Positions 39,784 to 49,502 of a stretch of 64,000 bases of DNA are shown here, one piece after another. The notes under the pieces were generated by a model. It saw only the letters and a list, made by a program, of their open reading frames with translations. It was not told where the DNA came from and did no database searches. Origin of the DNA: Chloroflexota bacterium (GTDB taxonomy: Bacteria; Chloroflexota; Anaerolineae; Aggregatilineales; J027); contig JABFGB010000005.1 of NCBI GenBank assembly GCA_013112715.1, positions 192,009-256,008 of the forward strand. The letters are read 5' to 3'. Position numbers and translations under genes: made by a program. The stretch's first letter is position 1, and every line of letters begins with the position of its first letter.

Positions 39784-39813
39784 TTGTTCGGTTAACAAGT
39801 TCCGGTCTATAAT
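39784..39813 (+). promoter_or_regulatory. Sigma-70-like promoter (TTGTTC-18-TATAAT) upstream of the kinase gene
   Basis: TTGTTC 39784-39789, TATAAT 39808-39813. An 8-bp inverted repeat atgcccaa (39812-39819) / ttgggcat (39848-39855) follows. Confidence 0.4.
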
Positions 39814-39902
39814 GCCCAACAGGAGTAGTCCAAAATACTACCCCTCATTGGGCATTTAACTTGATTTATGGATATTGAGAGGGAGGAGGGACAGCGGCCC
39901 CC

Positions 39903-41783
39903 ATGAGTTTTACAATCGGACAAACCGTTGGCCCATATACAGTTATTGAGCAATTGGGGCAAGGCGGTATGGCAACCGTCTATAAGGCCTTTCATGCCAA
40001 CTTGAGCCGCTACGTCGCCATCAAAGTTCTGCATGTCGCCTTTAGCAGCGACGAGGGTTTTCAAGAACGCTTTCGGCGTGAGGCGCAAATCGTCGGACGT
40101 TTGGATCACCCCCATATCGTGCCGATTTTTGACTATGCCATGCAGGAAAACCAGCCCTACTTGATCATGAAATTTATCGAGGGGCAGACACTTAAGCAAG
40201 ACTTGCGTGCTGAACGCCTTACGTTGCAGGAAGTCACCCGTATTATGACGGCGGTGGCCGACGCCCTAGATTATGCCCACCGCAATGACGTGCTGCACCG
40301 TGACGTCAAGCCTTCGAATATCATCATTGATCGAGACGGCGTCCCCTACCTGACTGATTTTGGATTGGCCCGTATCGCCAGTTCAGGCGAATCTACCCTA
40401 AGCCAAGATATGATGTTGGGTACACCCCAATATATTTCACCAGAACAGGCGCAAGGGCGACGCGATCTTGGCCCCAGCACCGACATCTATTCACTTGGGG
40501 TGGTTCTATACGAACTGGTTGTCGGGCGTGTCCCCTTTACCGCCGACACTCCCTATGCCATCATTCACGATCACATCTATAAATCTCTCCCGCTGCCGAG
40601 CAAGGTTAATCCTGCCGTACCAGAAGCAGTAGAGCGTGTATTGTTGAAGGCATTGGCGAAAAACCCTGAAGATCGTTTCCGCTCCGCTGGTGAGATGATT
40701 CAAGCGTTTAAGGCAGCCGTTGCCGAAGGCCGCATGAATGAACTCAGCCGCCAAATGGTGCGACCCGAAGCGTTTGCTGAATCCAACTATGTAACAGCCC
40801 CACCCTACGCTCCCCCCGGCTATACGGGCCAACCTATCCCGCAGATGATGTCAACTCCTGTGCCGATTTCAACCGGGCAGATGCAAATGACCCCGGCAGG
40901 CATGGTGGTGACGGGCAGTTCCGCCACGCGCAAAAACAAACGTAGCAGGAACGGAGCGGCATGGGCATTGGGTGGATGTTTTGTGTTTATCTGCGCCTGT
41001 GTGCTCTCTTCTGGGTTGATATTTTCAGCGTTTGGTGATCCACGCTTTGAGCACAACGGTGTCAGTGAGGCTAGTGGTGAAACAGATCTGCTCGACCTCT
41101 CTGATTTTGCGGTGGGTGTACAAGATGCGGTTCGGCTGGAAGATGCCGAAGCCCTCGTTGAGACCCACCCCAACGATCCGGCAGCCTATTTTGTTCTTGC
41201 GCTGGCCTATTTGGATGCAGGTGATCCTGATAAAGCAGCCGAAGCCGTGCAATCGGCTGTCGCTCTGAATCCGACAGTAGATACCATATTAGAAGCAGCC
41301 GAGGTCGCAGCAGCACGCGGTTATGACGACGAAGCAACCACCCTACTGGCATCTACCTTAGCCGAAAATCAAAATGACCCGGTGGTGCGGAATGAGGCAG
41401 GCGGGTATCTTTATACACAGGCGTTTAATGCCAAGCCGGACGATGTGGCGGTGTTTTGTGAGATTCTAGGGCAATACCCTGATTATGCTGTGTTTCAAGC
41501 GATGATGGGCCAAGCGCTGATCTCTGCTAGCACCCTTCCGCGTCGGGCTGCCGTTCCGCAACGCTGCCCAGTTGAAAGTGGTACCAGTGCCGAGGAACTC
41601 ATCTTGAAGGCAACCGCCCAGATACCTGAATACGCTGAAGCCTTCTTTGTGCTCGGGAACTACTATGAGGCCATTGACGAGATGGACACCGCCAAAGAAC
41701 AGTGGAATCTCGCCCTAGCTATGCCAAATGCACCAACATGGGTACGCGAACGAGCACAAATCAAATTATCGAATAGCGAATAA
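39903..41783 (+). CDS. Hanks-type Ser/Thr protein kinase: kinase, TM, extracytoplasmic TPR-like domain
   Basis: GQGGMATVYKA, HRDVKPSNIII, DFGLARI, GTPQYISPEQ. One TM helix (AAWALGGCFVFICACVLSSGLIF). Alanine-rich helical repeats at the C-terminus. Confidence 0.9.
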   Translation: MSFTIGQTVGPYTVIEQLGQGGMATVYKAFHANLSRYVAIKVLHVAFSSDEGFQERFRREAQIVGRLDHPHIVPIFDYAMQENQPYLIMKFIEGQTLKQDLRAERLTLQEVTRIMTAVADALDYAHRNDVLHRDVKPSNIIIDRDGVPYLTDFGLARIASSGESTLSQDMMLGTPQYISPEQAQGRRDLGPSTDIYSLGVVLYELVVGRVPFTADTPYAIIHDHIYKSLPLPSKVNPAVPEAVERVLLKALAKNPEDRFRSAGEMIQAFKAAVAEGRMNELSRQMVRPEAFAESNYVTAPPYAPPGYTGQPIPQMMSTPVPISTGQMQMTPAGMVVTGSSATRKNKRSRNGAAWALGGCFVFICACVLSSGLIFSAFGDPRFEHNGVSEASGETDLLDLSDFAVGVQDAVRLEDAEALVETHPNDPAAYFVLALAYLDAGDPDKAAEAVQSAVALNPTVDTILEAAEVAAARGYDDEATTLLASTLAENQNDPVVRNEAGGYLYTQAFNAKPDDVAVFCEILGQYPDYAVFQAMMGQALISASTLPRRAAVPQRCPVESGTSAEELILKATAQIPEYAEAFFVLGNYYEAIDEMDTAKEQWNLALAMPNAPTWVRERAQIKLSNSE

Positions 41784-41815
41784 GTTTATCCGTTTTGCAT
41801 TTTGAGGAGTCTTTC

Positions 41816-42589
41816 ATGAGAGTGCCGATTATCGCCGGCAATTGGAAAATGAATAAAACCCCGGCTGAAGCATTGGAATTTGTGAACAGCCTAAAAGATG
41901 AACTTAGCCGTCTGACACAGATTGAACGAGTCGTGTGTCCGCCCTACCTTGCGATCCCCTTTGTCAGCAAGGCCCTCAAGGGCACGGGGATCGGTGTTGG
42001 GGCGCAAGATGTCCATTGGAAAGACAGTGGGGCATTTACCAGCAGCATCGCCCCCAATATGCTGGTAGGCCTCGCCGAATATACGATTATCGGTCACTCT
42101 GAAACCCGCCAGTACCTCGGTGTGACGGATGTGCAGGTCAACAAAAAAACCAAAGCCGCCCTCGCCAATGGTCTCAAACCAATTGTCGCCATCGGTGAAA
42201 CCCTTGAACAAAACGAACGAGGCGAAACCGAAGCGGTATGCAGCAGCCAACTACGGGCTGCTTTGGAAGGCGTTACTGCCGAGGAAACCCACAATATTAT
42301 CATCGCCTATGAACCTGTTTGGGCGATTGGCACGGGCAAAAATGCCACTCCAGAACAGGCCCAAGATATTATCGGCAACGTCGTCCGCCAAACCCTGATT
42401 GAGCTTTACGGACGCGATGTAGCACAAACGATCCGCATCCAGTATGGCGGTAGTATGAACCCTGCCAACTGTGGTGACTTGATGAAGCAACCTGATATTG
42501 ATGGCGGGTTGATTGGCGGGGCATCCCTTAAGAAAGACGATTTCCTTGCCCTGATGCGAATTTCCATTGAAGCCAAAGGTCTAGCGTAA
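41816..42589 (+). CDS. tpiA: Triosephosphate isomerase
   Basis: IAGNWKMN, AYEPVWAIGTG, GGASL. ATG at 41816 with gaggag RBS. Confidence 0.95.
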   Translation: MRVPIIAGNWKMNKTPAEALEFVNSLKDELSRLTQIERVVCPPYLAIPFVSKALKGTGIGVGAQDVHWKDSGAFTSSIAPNMLVGLAEYTIIGHSETRQYLGVTDVQVNKKTKAALANGLKPIVAIGETLEQNERGETEAVCSSQLRAALEGVTAEETHNIIIAYEPVWAIGTGKNATPEQAQDIIGNVVRQTLIELYGRDVAQTIRIQYGGSMNPANCGDLMKQPDIDGGLIGGASLKKDDFLALMRISIEAKGLA

Positions 42590-42604
42590 TCACCGAGGAA
42601 GCCA

Positions 42605-44128
42605 ATGGACGTCACCAGTTTGATTGCCCCTTGGCTAACCTTGCTGGGAATCCTCATTCCGTTGATTTACGCGGAACGGTGGATTCACCAGCATATGTAT
42701 GGGGTGGGCTACTTGCTCACCCTTGATAAGGCGCAGGCCACTGGTTTTTACTACATGGTCTTTTTCCCCGGCGTTTTAGTCCACGAAGTAATTCAATGGC
42801 TCGTCGCTGGAGCGCTCAATGTCAAAGTCAAAAAAATCAACTCCTACCCGAAAACACAAGAAAACGGCACCATCCGCTACGATTTTGTGGTAATCGAGCA
42901 GACTTCGCGTTTCAAGGCCATGCTCATCGGCGGCCTGCCGTTTGTCATCGCCGGGGTAATCGTCTATTACCTAAGCACTTCCATTTTGGAACTTGATGCC
43001 CTCCTTGCCGCGATTGGCACAGGCGATTTAAATGAAATCGGGCGGGGTATCAAGGAGTTTTTAAAAACGGGGGATGTCTGGCTGTGGCTGTATTTGATGT
43101 TTTCGCTCAGTAACGGCATGATCCCGACCAAAGAAGATCGGCAGGGTTGGTTTTTGATTCTTGGGGCAGCGGCAGGTATCACCATTGCCATGTTGTTTCT
43201 CGGGTTCGATGTTTTTGTCACCAAAACTTTATCTGGCCCGATAGCCCATGCCCTAGAACTCGTTAGCACGGCCCTGATTGCCATTCTGTTTATAGATGTC
43301 GTGTTTGGCTTTGCGTTGGCCCTGTTTGAAAGCGGGTTGGAGCGATGGCGCGGCCAAAAAATGAATTACAATACCGAGCAGCGCGTCAAATCCAAAGCCG
43401 AACAGCAGCGTGAACCCGGCAGCAATATCCCTTTGCCCAAAGGCACGCCAATCCCTTCTATCTATCGGCTTGACCTGCCCGTTCCACCTATCCCAACCAA
43501 ACGACCCGCCAAGCCTACGCCTTCTGCCAGTCCCGCTTTCGCTAGTTCCCCTGCTCGGCCAGCATCTGCCCCGATGTTTAACCGACCAGCATCCGGCTCA
43601 ACGGCAGACGAAAACAAGCCAGACGTAGGTCCGCCGCGACCCACACCATCCTTCACCCGACCAGAATCCAAAACCGACGAGCAGCCCCAAGTACGGCCCG
43701 CTTTTCAACCACCTGCTCGACCCAGTTTTGCCGAAAAATCGGTGGAAATTCCGGCGGCCACCCCTGAAAAGTCGGAAACATCGGAACAACCTGCCATGCC
43801 CGCACGCCCGGCCACCCCATCCTTTACCCCCCGGGCTGCTCCCAGTGGAGATACAGGTCGTCCACCCGCCGTAGCTCCATTTCGACGATCAGGCGCGGAT
43901 GAAAATGAGGAACCCCCTTCGGTTACACGTGATCAGCTACGTGGTGGCCGCACCTTCAGTCGGCCCACACCTTCAAGCGGTGATCCAACCCTACCCCGCA
44001 GCCCCCTATCCCCCAATAATCCTCCCACTGACAAGGACGATGATGAAAATACCTCGCAGGTCATGGGGCACAAGCCACCCGATAATGACACGAATGAGGT
44101 ACAATATGTGGACATTGATGATGTATGA
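42605..44128 (+). CDS. Membrane protein with long proline-rich disordered C-terminal tail
   Basis: About 6 TM segments in the first 250 aa. Then ~250 aa rich in P/S/A with repeated RPA.P.F-like units. Confidence 0.6.
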   Translation: MDVTSLIAPWLTLLGILIPLIYAERWIHQHMYGVGYLLTLDKAQATGFYYMVFFPGVLVHEVIQWLVAGALNVKVKKINSYPKTQENGTIRYDFVVIEQTSRFKAMLIGGLPFVIAGVIVYYLSTSILELDALLAAIGTGDLNEIGRGIKEFLKTGDVWLWLYLMFSLSNGMIPTKEDRQGWFLILGAAAGITIAMLFLGFDVFVTKTLSGPIAHALELVSTALIAILFIDVVFGFALALFESGLERWRGQKMNYNTEQRVKSKAEQQREPGSNIPLPKGTPIPSIYRLDLPVPPIPTKRPAKPTPSASPAFASSPARPASAPMFNRPASGSTADENKPDVGPPRPTPSFTRPESKTDEQPQVRPAFQPPARPSFAEKSVEIPAATPEKSETSEQPAMPARPATPSFTPRAAPSGDTGRPPAVAPFRRSGADENEEPPSVTRDQLRGGRTFSRPTPSSGDPTLPRSPLSPNNPPTDKDDDENTSQVMGHKPPDNDTNEVQYVDIDDV

Positions 44129-44272
44129 TTGGGTTGGGGCCTGAATTCTTACCTTTCGTTGACTTCACACAACCCAGTACGTTTTCGGCTGTCGGCCAAC
44201 GTGTTATAGTTGACTTACAGCATCAAAAATGAACGTTTTAAAAGGGATTATGCAGGAGAGATAAATAAAGCT

Positions 44273-45496
44273 ATGCGTAAGAGATACTCACTTGCTTTAA
44301 TTGTTGTATTGTTGATTGCATTGGTGATGGGTGCAGGCTTTGCCAATCAATCCAAAGCCACAGCACAAGACGAATTTGTGTTTGGCATGATCTTGGTCGG
44401 CCCCCACGATGACAATGGGTGGAGTGAAGCGCACTACAATGGTGGATTGTATGTCGAAGAACATGTAGAAGGCGCGAAGATGATCTGGATTGACAAAGTG
44501 AATCCAGCTGACTCCCCTGAACTCACAATGGATTTGGTCGTTGAAGACCTTGTTTCGCAGGGCGCGAAATTGATTATCGCTACCTCTGATGACTTCAAGG
44601 CTGACTTTACGGCGGTGGCGCCTAATTACCCCGATATTGTTTTTATCCATGTTTCTGGCGACGGTGTGTGGACCGGTGAAGCCTCCGAAAATATGGGCAA
44701 TCTCTTTGGGCAAATGCAATATGGCAAAGCGATTGCGGGTTGCGCGGCTGCCCTCAAGACCGAAACAGGTAAAATCGCCTATTTAGGGCCACTAATCAAC
44801 AATGAAACGCGGCTTTTTGCCAATGCCGTCTATTTGGGTGCGAAATACTGCTATGAACATTATCGTGGTATGGACCCTGCTACCCTACAATTTACCGTGA
44901 ATTGGATTGGGTTCTGGTTCAATATCCCCGGTGTCACCCTCGACCCCACTGAAGTTGCCAACGCCTTCTTTAATGATGGCAATGATGTGGTTCTCTCCGG
45001 GATTGATACCACCGAAGCAACAGTCGTTGCTGGTCAACGTTCCGCCGAAGGGGAGCGCGTTTTCTCGGTTGGATACGACTATATTGACACATGTGCTGAA
45101 GCCCCATCGGTCTGCCTCGGTGTGCCCTACTACAACTGGGGGCCAGCCTATGTGACGACAGTCAACGCCGTCAAGGATGGCACTTGGACCCAGAGCTTTG
45201 ATTGGCTTGAACCCGATTGGTCGGACATAAACAATCCCGACACCAGCATCGTGGGCTTTGCTAAAGGCACCGCCCTGACTGAAGAAGAAGCCGCTATCCT
45301 CGACGAATACACTGCGGCGCTCGGTGCTGGAGCAAAGGGTGAAGAAGGTGGCGTTGTGCTCTTCCAAGGCCCACTAAACTATCAAGATGGCAGCACCTAT
45401 CTTGAGGATGGTGAAGTGGCGACACCCGAAAAAGTCTGGTACATGCCTCAATTGTTGGAAGGTATGATCGGCGAAAGTAGCGCCGAAAGCGAGTAA
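44273..45496 (+). CDS. BMP-family (PnrA-like) ABC substrate-binding protein
   Basis: Signal/anchor MRKRYSLALIVVLLIALV. FGMILVGPHDDNGWSEAHYNGG is typical of BMP/nucleoside-binding lipoproteins. Followed by a two-NBD ATPase and two permeases. Confidence 0.75.
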   Translation: MRKRYSLALIVVLLIALVMGAGFANQSKATAQDEFVFGMILVGPHDDNGWSEAHYNGGLYVEEHVEGAKMIWIDKVNPADSPELTMDLVVEDLVSQGAKLIIATSDDFKADFTAVAPNYPDIVFIHVSGDGVWTGEASENMGNLFGQMQYGKAIAGCAAALKTETGKIAYLGPLINNETRLFANAVYLGAKYCYEHYRGMDPATLQFTVNWIGFWFNIPGVTLDPTEVANAFFNDGNDVVLSGIDTTEATVVAGQRSAEGERVFSVGYDYIDTCAEAPSVCLGVPYYNWGPAYVTTVNAVKDGTWTQSFDWLEPDWSDINNPDTSIVGFAKGTALTEEEAAILDEYTAALGAGAKGEEGGVVLFQGPLNYQDGSTYLEDGEVATPEKVWYMPQLLEGMIGESSAESE

Positions 45497-45515
45497 CTGA
45501 AGAAGCAATCACTCA

Positions 45516-45548
45516 CAGGGGTGGGCCACATCGCTCACCCCTCCTTTT
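45516..45548 (+). terminator. Hairpin/partial terminator after the SBP gene
   Basis: aggggtg (45516-45522) / cacccct (45535-45541), then ccttttaa. Confidence 0.4.
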
Positions 45549-45581
45549 AACCGCATACTTATTTCTTTTCAGATCAAAACA

Positions 45582-47225
45582 ATGCGCTTAGAAATCCACA
45601 ATATATCCAAGAGTTTTGGCCCATTAAAAGCCAACGATCACATTTCCTTCACGTTTGAAGGGGGTCGCATCTACGCGATTCTTGGTGAGAATGGGGCTGG
45701 CAAAAGTACCCTGATGAAAATCCTCAGTGGGTATCAATCAGCCAGTAGTGGTCAAATCATCATTGATGGCAAATCCGCCCAAATCAATTCGCCCCACCAT
45801 GCCATTGCACACGGCATTGGGATGCTCTATCAAGACCCACTCGACTTCGCCCCGCTGACGGTACTAGAGAATTATATTGAGGGTAAGCCCTTCAACTTTT
45901 TAATGCGCCGCCGCGAAGCCGAGGCCGATCTCTTGGCCCGCTGCAAGATTTTGGGTTTCAACCTCAATCCTCACGCGATGGTCGAATCCCTTACCGTTGG
46001 CGAACGTCAGCAACTCGAAATTGTGCGCCTGCTCTCATTAGGGGTCAGCATTTTGATCCTTGATGAGCCAACCACCGGTATCTCTGCCGAACAAAAATCC
46101 CAGTTGTTCCAAACCCTCAAAAATTTGGCCCGTGAACAAAACATGATCGTGATTTTGGTCTCGCACAAACTGGCTGATGTTGAGGAATTATGCGACGAGG
46201 TGCTGGTACTGCGACGGGGCAAGTTGGTTGGACACCGTTTTTTGCCCTGTGAGACTGAGATATTAGTCGAAATGATGTTTGGAAAACGTCTCAGCCAAAC
46301 ATCCCCCCAACCTCTATATACGAATAAGCCTATACTCAAAATCCACAAACTCAGTATTCCCGCCCGCCTATTCACGATTCAAAATATTAACCTTGAGGTG
46401 CGAGAGGGCGAAGTCATTGGCCTAGCAGGTCTGGATGGCAGTGGACAAGTCGAATTTATGCGGGTCATCGCTGGAATAGGGCGTCCCACATGGGCCGATC
46501 AACTGACAGCGATGATTGCGCTAGCAGGCATGTGGTGGGTCTTTGGCAAAATCCTTGATGAGTCCTCAGCCGTACTTAATCTAGCCCGTATTGCTATCCT
46601 AATTTTAATCCTCGGCCCCATGCTCAAAACCCTCTATTTGTACATTCGCCAACGGGCCAACAACGCCCAAAACGCCCAAATCATGTTGAATGGCAAGAAT
46701 ATTGGTTGGCGTGGTTATCGGGATTTATTAGAACGGGGGATCGCCTACCTTGCGGCAGGCCGATTGGAAGAGGGCCTTGTGGCTGGGTTAACACTGGTAG
46801 ATCATTCCGCATTGGCAGAGCGCAGTAGCCTACCGCATGTCAATTGGGTACGGGCATGGCATCGCACCAAACAAGCCATTACCGATTTTTCCATCAAGGG
46901 ACGACCTTTCAGCCAGATTCAAACGCTCTCCGGGGGCAATCAGCAGCGCGTTTCATTGTCGCTTTTGCCCGCCAATCTGCGACTGATTTTGTTGGAAAAT
47001 CCAACGCGCGGGCTAGATGTCGAAAGCGCCGGGCACATCTGGTCACTGCTGCTCAATCGCCGCAAAAAGGGGACGGCCATTATTTTTAGTTCACCCGACC
47101 TTGATGAAATTATTGATTACAGCGACCGCATCCTCGTATTTTCTTCGGGACAAACGACCCTCGTGGAAAATCCAGAGCAAATGACTACCGCCCGATTGGG
47201 TGAGTTGATCGGGGGTAAATCTTGA
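45582..47225 (+). CDS. ABC importer ATPase with duplicated NBDs
   Basis: NBD1: GENGAGKSTL, LTVGERQQLEI, ILILDEPT. NBD2: GLAGLDGSGQ, LSGGNQQRVSL, LILLENPTRGLD. NBD2 carries a hydrophobic insertion (see findings). Confidence 0.85.
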   Translation: MRLEIHNISKSFGPLKANDHISFTFEGGRIYAILGENGAGKSTLMKILSGYQSASSGQIIIDGKSAQINSPHHAIAHGIGMLYQDPLDFAPLTVLENYIEGKPFNFLMRRREAEADLLARCKILGFNLNPHAMVESLTVGERQQLEIVRLLSLGVSILILDEPTTGISAEQKSQLFQTLKNLAREQNMIVILVSHKLADVEELCDEVLVLRRGKLVGHRFLPCETEILVEMMFGKRLSQTSPQPLYTNKPILKIHKLSIPARLFTIQNINLEVREGEVIGLAGLDGSGQVEFMRVIAGIGRPTWADQLTAMIALAGMWWVFGKILDESSAVLNLARIAILILILGPMLKTLYLYIRQRANNAQNAQIMLNGKNIGWRGYRDLLERGIAYLAAGRLEEGLVAGLTLVDHSALAERSSLPHVNWVRAWHRTKQAITDFSIKGRPFSQIQTLSGGNQQRVSLSLLPANLRLILLENPTRGLDVESAGHIWSLLLNRRKKGTAIIFSSPDLDEIIDYSDRILVFSSGQTTLVENPEQMTTARLGELIGGKS

Positions 47226-48382
47226 CGGCTTTTCGCAAAATACTCATTCAAATTTCCAGCAGTACCGTCTTGGGGATTCTGCCATTATTGGTCGGAATAC
47301 AGGTGGCGCTGGTGGCGATTCTGCTCATCCTGAACAACGAAAACGTCGAGCCGCGTGCCGTCTACGACCTCATTTACGAACGCACCCTCTCTTTACCCGA
47401 AAACCGTGCCAACGTGGTAGATTTCTGGCTACCAATCTTGCTTTGCTGCTGTGGTCTGCTGCTGACGTTCACCGCCGGATTGTGGAATATCGGCATTGAA
47501 GGCCAAATCACAATGGGGGCGGTTGGTGCAACCAGCATCGCCCTGTTTGTTGAACTCCCGCGCAACGAGCAGATTTTCACCGAATTATTCATGGCTGGGG
47601 CAGCAGGCGGTGCTTGGGCCTTATTTACGGGGGTCATGCGAACACGCGGCGGCGTCAATGAGATTTTTGGCGGGGTTGCTATGAATTTTCTCGCCAGCAG
47701 TTTCTCGTCCTATTTGCTGGTTGCGCCGTGGTCACCCCCCAACGCGACAGGCAGCGCTACCGTGCGCTTCCCTGAAAATGCCATCTTACCCAGCATGGAC
47801 GACTATCGCCTTAGCCCGATAACCATGTATATCACTCTGACGGCCTTTATTTTCGTTCTGTTGACCCTCTCCGGTTCACGCTGGGGCTTGCAGCTTCGGG
47901 CAATGGGCAAAAACGAAAAGTCAGCCCAAATGTTAGGTGTTCCCACCGAACGCAATATCTGGTTAGCCATGCTGATCTGCGGGATTATGGCGGGCTTGGC
48001 AGGCGGGCATTTGGTGTTGTTCCGCCGCGCTAACCTACCTGCGAACGTCTCTGGCGGCATTGGCTTTTTATCACTGCTCGTGGTGCTGCTGGCTTCGATA
48101 CGTGTCCGCTGGGTTCCCTTTGTGTCCTTCGCCTTTGCCCTGCTTTATTCGGCGGGCCTGCCCCTGCGAACACGCCTACAATTGGACGCCTCACTCATCG
48201 GTATCTTTTTAGGAATTTTGGTGTTCTGTGTACTCATTTTTGATGGCGTGCGGCAGCGTTTGAAGGAGCGCGTGGAGCAGCGCAAACTTCTAGCAGCATC
48301 TGGGGGTGAAAAATCACCCCCTCCACCTACGGTTGAAATCCAAATCGGTCAGGAGGCCTCCAGTGGACCCGGTTCTAACTAG
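47222..48382 (+). CDS. ABC importer permease
   Basis: TTG start overlaps the ATPase stop. Polytopic, 8-10 TM segments. Confidence 0.8.
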   Translation: MTAFRKILIQISSSTVLGILPLLVGIQVALVAILLILNNENVEPRAVYDLIYERTLSLPENRANVVDFWLPILLCCCGLLLTFTAGLWNIGIEGQITMGAVGATSIALFVELPRNEQIFTELFMAGAAGGAWALFTGVMRTRGGVNEIFGGVAMNFLASSFSSYLLVAPWSPPNATGSATVRFPENAILPSMDDYRLSPITMYITLTAFIFVLLTLSGSRWGLQLRAMGKNEKSAQMLGVPTERNIWLAMLICGIMAGLAGGHLVLFRRANLPANVSGGIGFLSLLVVLLASIRVRWVPFVSFAFALLYSAGLPLRTRLQLDASLIGIFLGILVFCVLIFDGVRQRLKERVEQRKLLAASGGEKSPPPPTVEIQIGQEASSGPGSN

Positions 48383-49337
48383 CACCCTCGCCGACATCGT
48401 GCGGAACGCGGCGCCGCTGCTCATTGCCAGTCAGGGCGAACTCATTACGGAACGGGCTGGTGTGGTCAATCTTTCACTGGACGGCACGATCCTGTTGGCA
48501 GCAATGGCGGCCTTTGCGGTTACGTACAATACGGGTAGTCTCGGCATGGGCATTGCGGTCGCCATGTTGATTGGCATGTTGGTGGCTTTGATCGTTATTT
48601 CCGCCAGCGTTTTCCTCAAACTCAACCAAATCGCCGTTGGCTTTGTACTGACCCTGCTCTGTGCCGACCTCAGCACCTTTTTTGGTCGGAAATATTCGGG
48701 ACAGCAGGGCACTGAAATCCCCTACACCCCTATCCCCATCTTAGAAAATATTCCGGTGATGGGTGAAGTTTTTTTCCAGCACAATATTTTGATTTACTTC
48801 AGTCTGCTCTTGGTCATTTTTGTTTGGCTATGGACATATCACACCCGTCTCGGATTGTCCCTACGCGGTCTGGGGGAGCATCCCGCAGCGGCCTATGTGC
48901 GTGGCACACGAGTCCAATTGTGGCGCTTTGTATATGTCGCAGCAGGTGGTGCATTGGTCGGCTTGGCCGGGGCATCCTATTCGCTGAGTGTAAAGTTGGG
49001 CTGGCGGGAAGGCTCAACGCTTGGCAACGGCTGGATTGCGCTGGCGATTGTAATTTTTGGCGGTTGGCGACCCTTCCGTATCGCGTTTGGGGCATATTTT
49101 ATTGTTGGCCTGCGTGCCCTAGCCCTCTATTTCCAACAAGAGGATGTGCTGAATCTGCCTATTCAGATCATCAATATGACCCCTTGGGTATTGATGCTGG
49201 TCACGCTTATCTTTGTAACCAGCGGCCTTGCCGAAAGCCTCTTGGTGCTTGTGCCCCCCCGTTGGCGACCCGCTGCCCAAAATTTGCTGCGGGCCAAGCC
49301 TCCAGCAGCCCTCGGGTCAAATTTCGAGCGCAGCTAA
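48363..49337 (+). CDS. ABC importer permease
   Basis: Polytopic. GTG at 48363 gives a 20-nt overlap with the upstream gene; the ORF-track ATG at 48306 gives 77 nt. Confidence 0.75.
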   Translation: MDPVLTSTLADIVRNAAPLLIASQGELITERAGVVNLSLDGTILLAAMAAFAVTYNTGSLGMGIAVAMLIGMLVALIVISASVFLKLNQIAVGFVLTLLCADLSTFFGRKYSGQQGTEIPYTPIPILENIPVMGEVFFQHNILIYFSLLLVIFVWLWTYHTRLGLSLRGLGEHPAAAYVRGTRVQLWRFVYVAAGGALVGLAGASYSLSVKLGWREGSTLGNGWIALAIVIFGGWRPFRIAFGAYFIVGLRALALYFQQEDVLNLPIQIINMTPWVLMLVTLIFVTSGLAESLLVLVPPRWRPAAQNLLRAKPPAALGSNFERS

Positions 49338-49403
49338 ATGGACGGTTGGTTGGCATCCTAAGCAATAATCAGCCGCCTTGTATTTCTCATGCAAAAAATC
49401 ACT

Positions 49404-49442
49404 GGTTACAGGGCTGTAACCAGCCTGTAACCGCCGTGTAAC
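49404..49442 (+). promoter_or_regulatory. Operator-like array: GGTTACAG inverted copy plus three TGTAAC(C/G) direct repeats at 11-bp phasing
   Basis: ggttacag 49404-49411. tgtaac at 49415-49420, 49426-49431 and 49437-49442. TATCTT -10-like box at 49453-49458. Confidence 0.5.
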
Positions 49443-49502
49443 GCCCGTTCGTTATCTTTCTCTCTCAGATTTGGAAACGTTTTTTGAGAGGAGAAAGACT
49501 GC

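Noticed and set aside
48824-49441. 205-aa alternative-frame ORF overlapping the second importer permease and running into the intergenic repeats
   Set aside because: It is on the same strand as the permease but out of frame with that coherent polytopic CDS. The product is Cys/Arg/Trp-rich, which is typical of off-frame translation.
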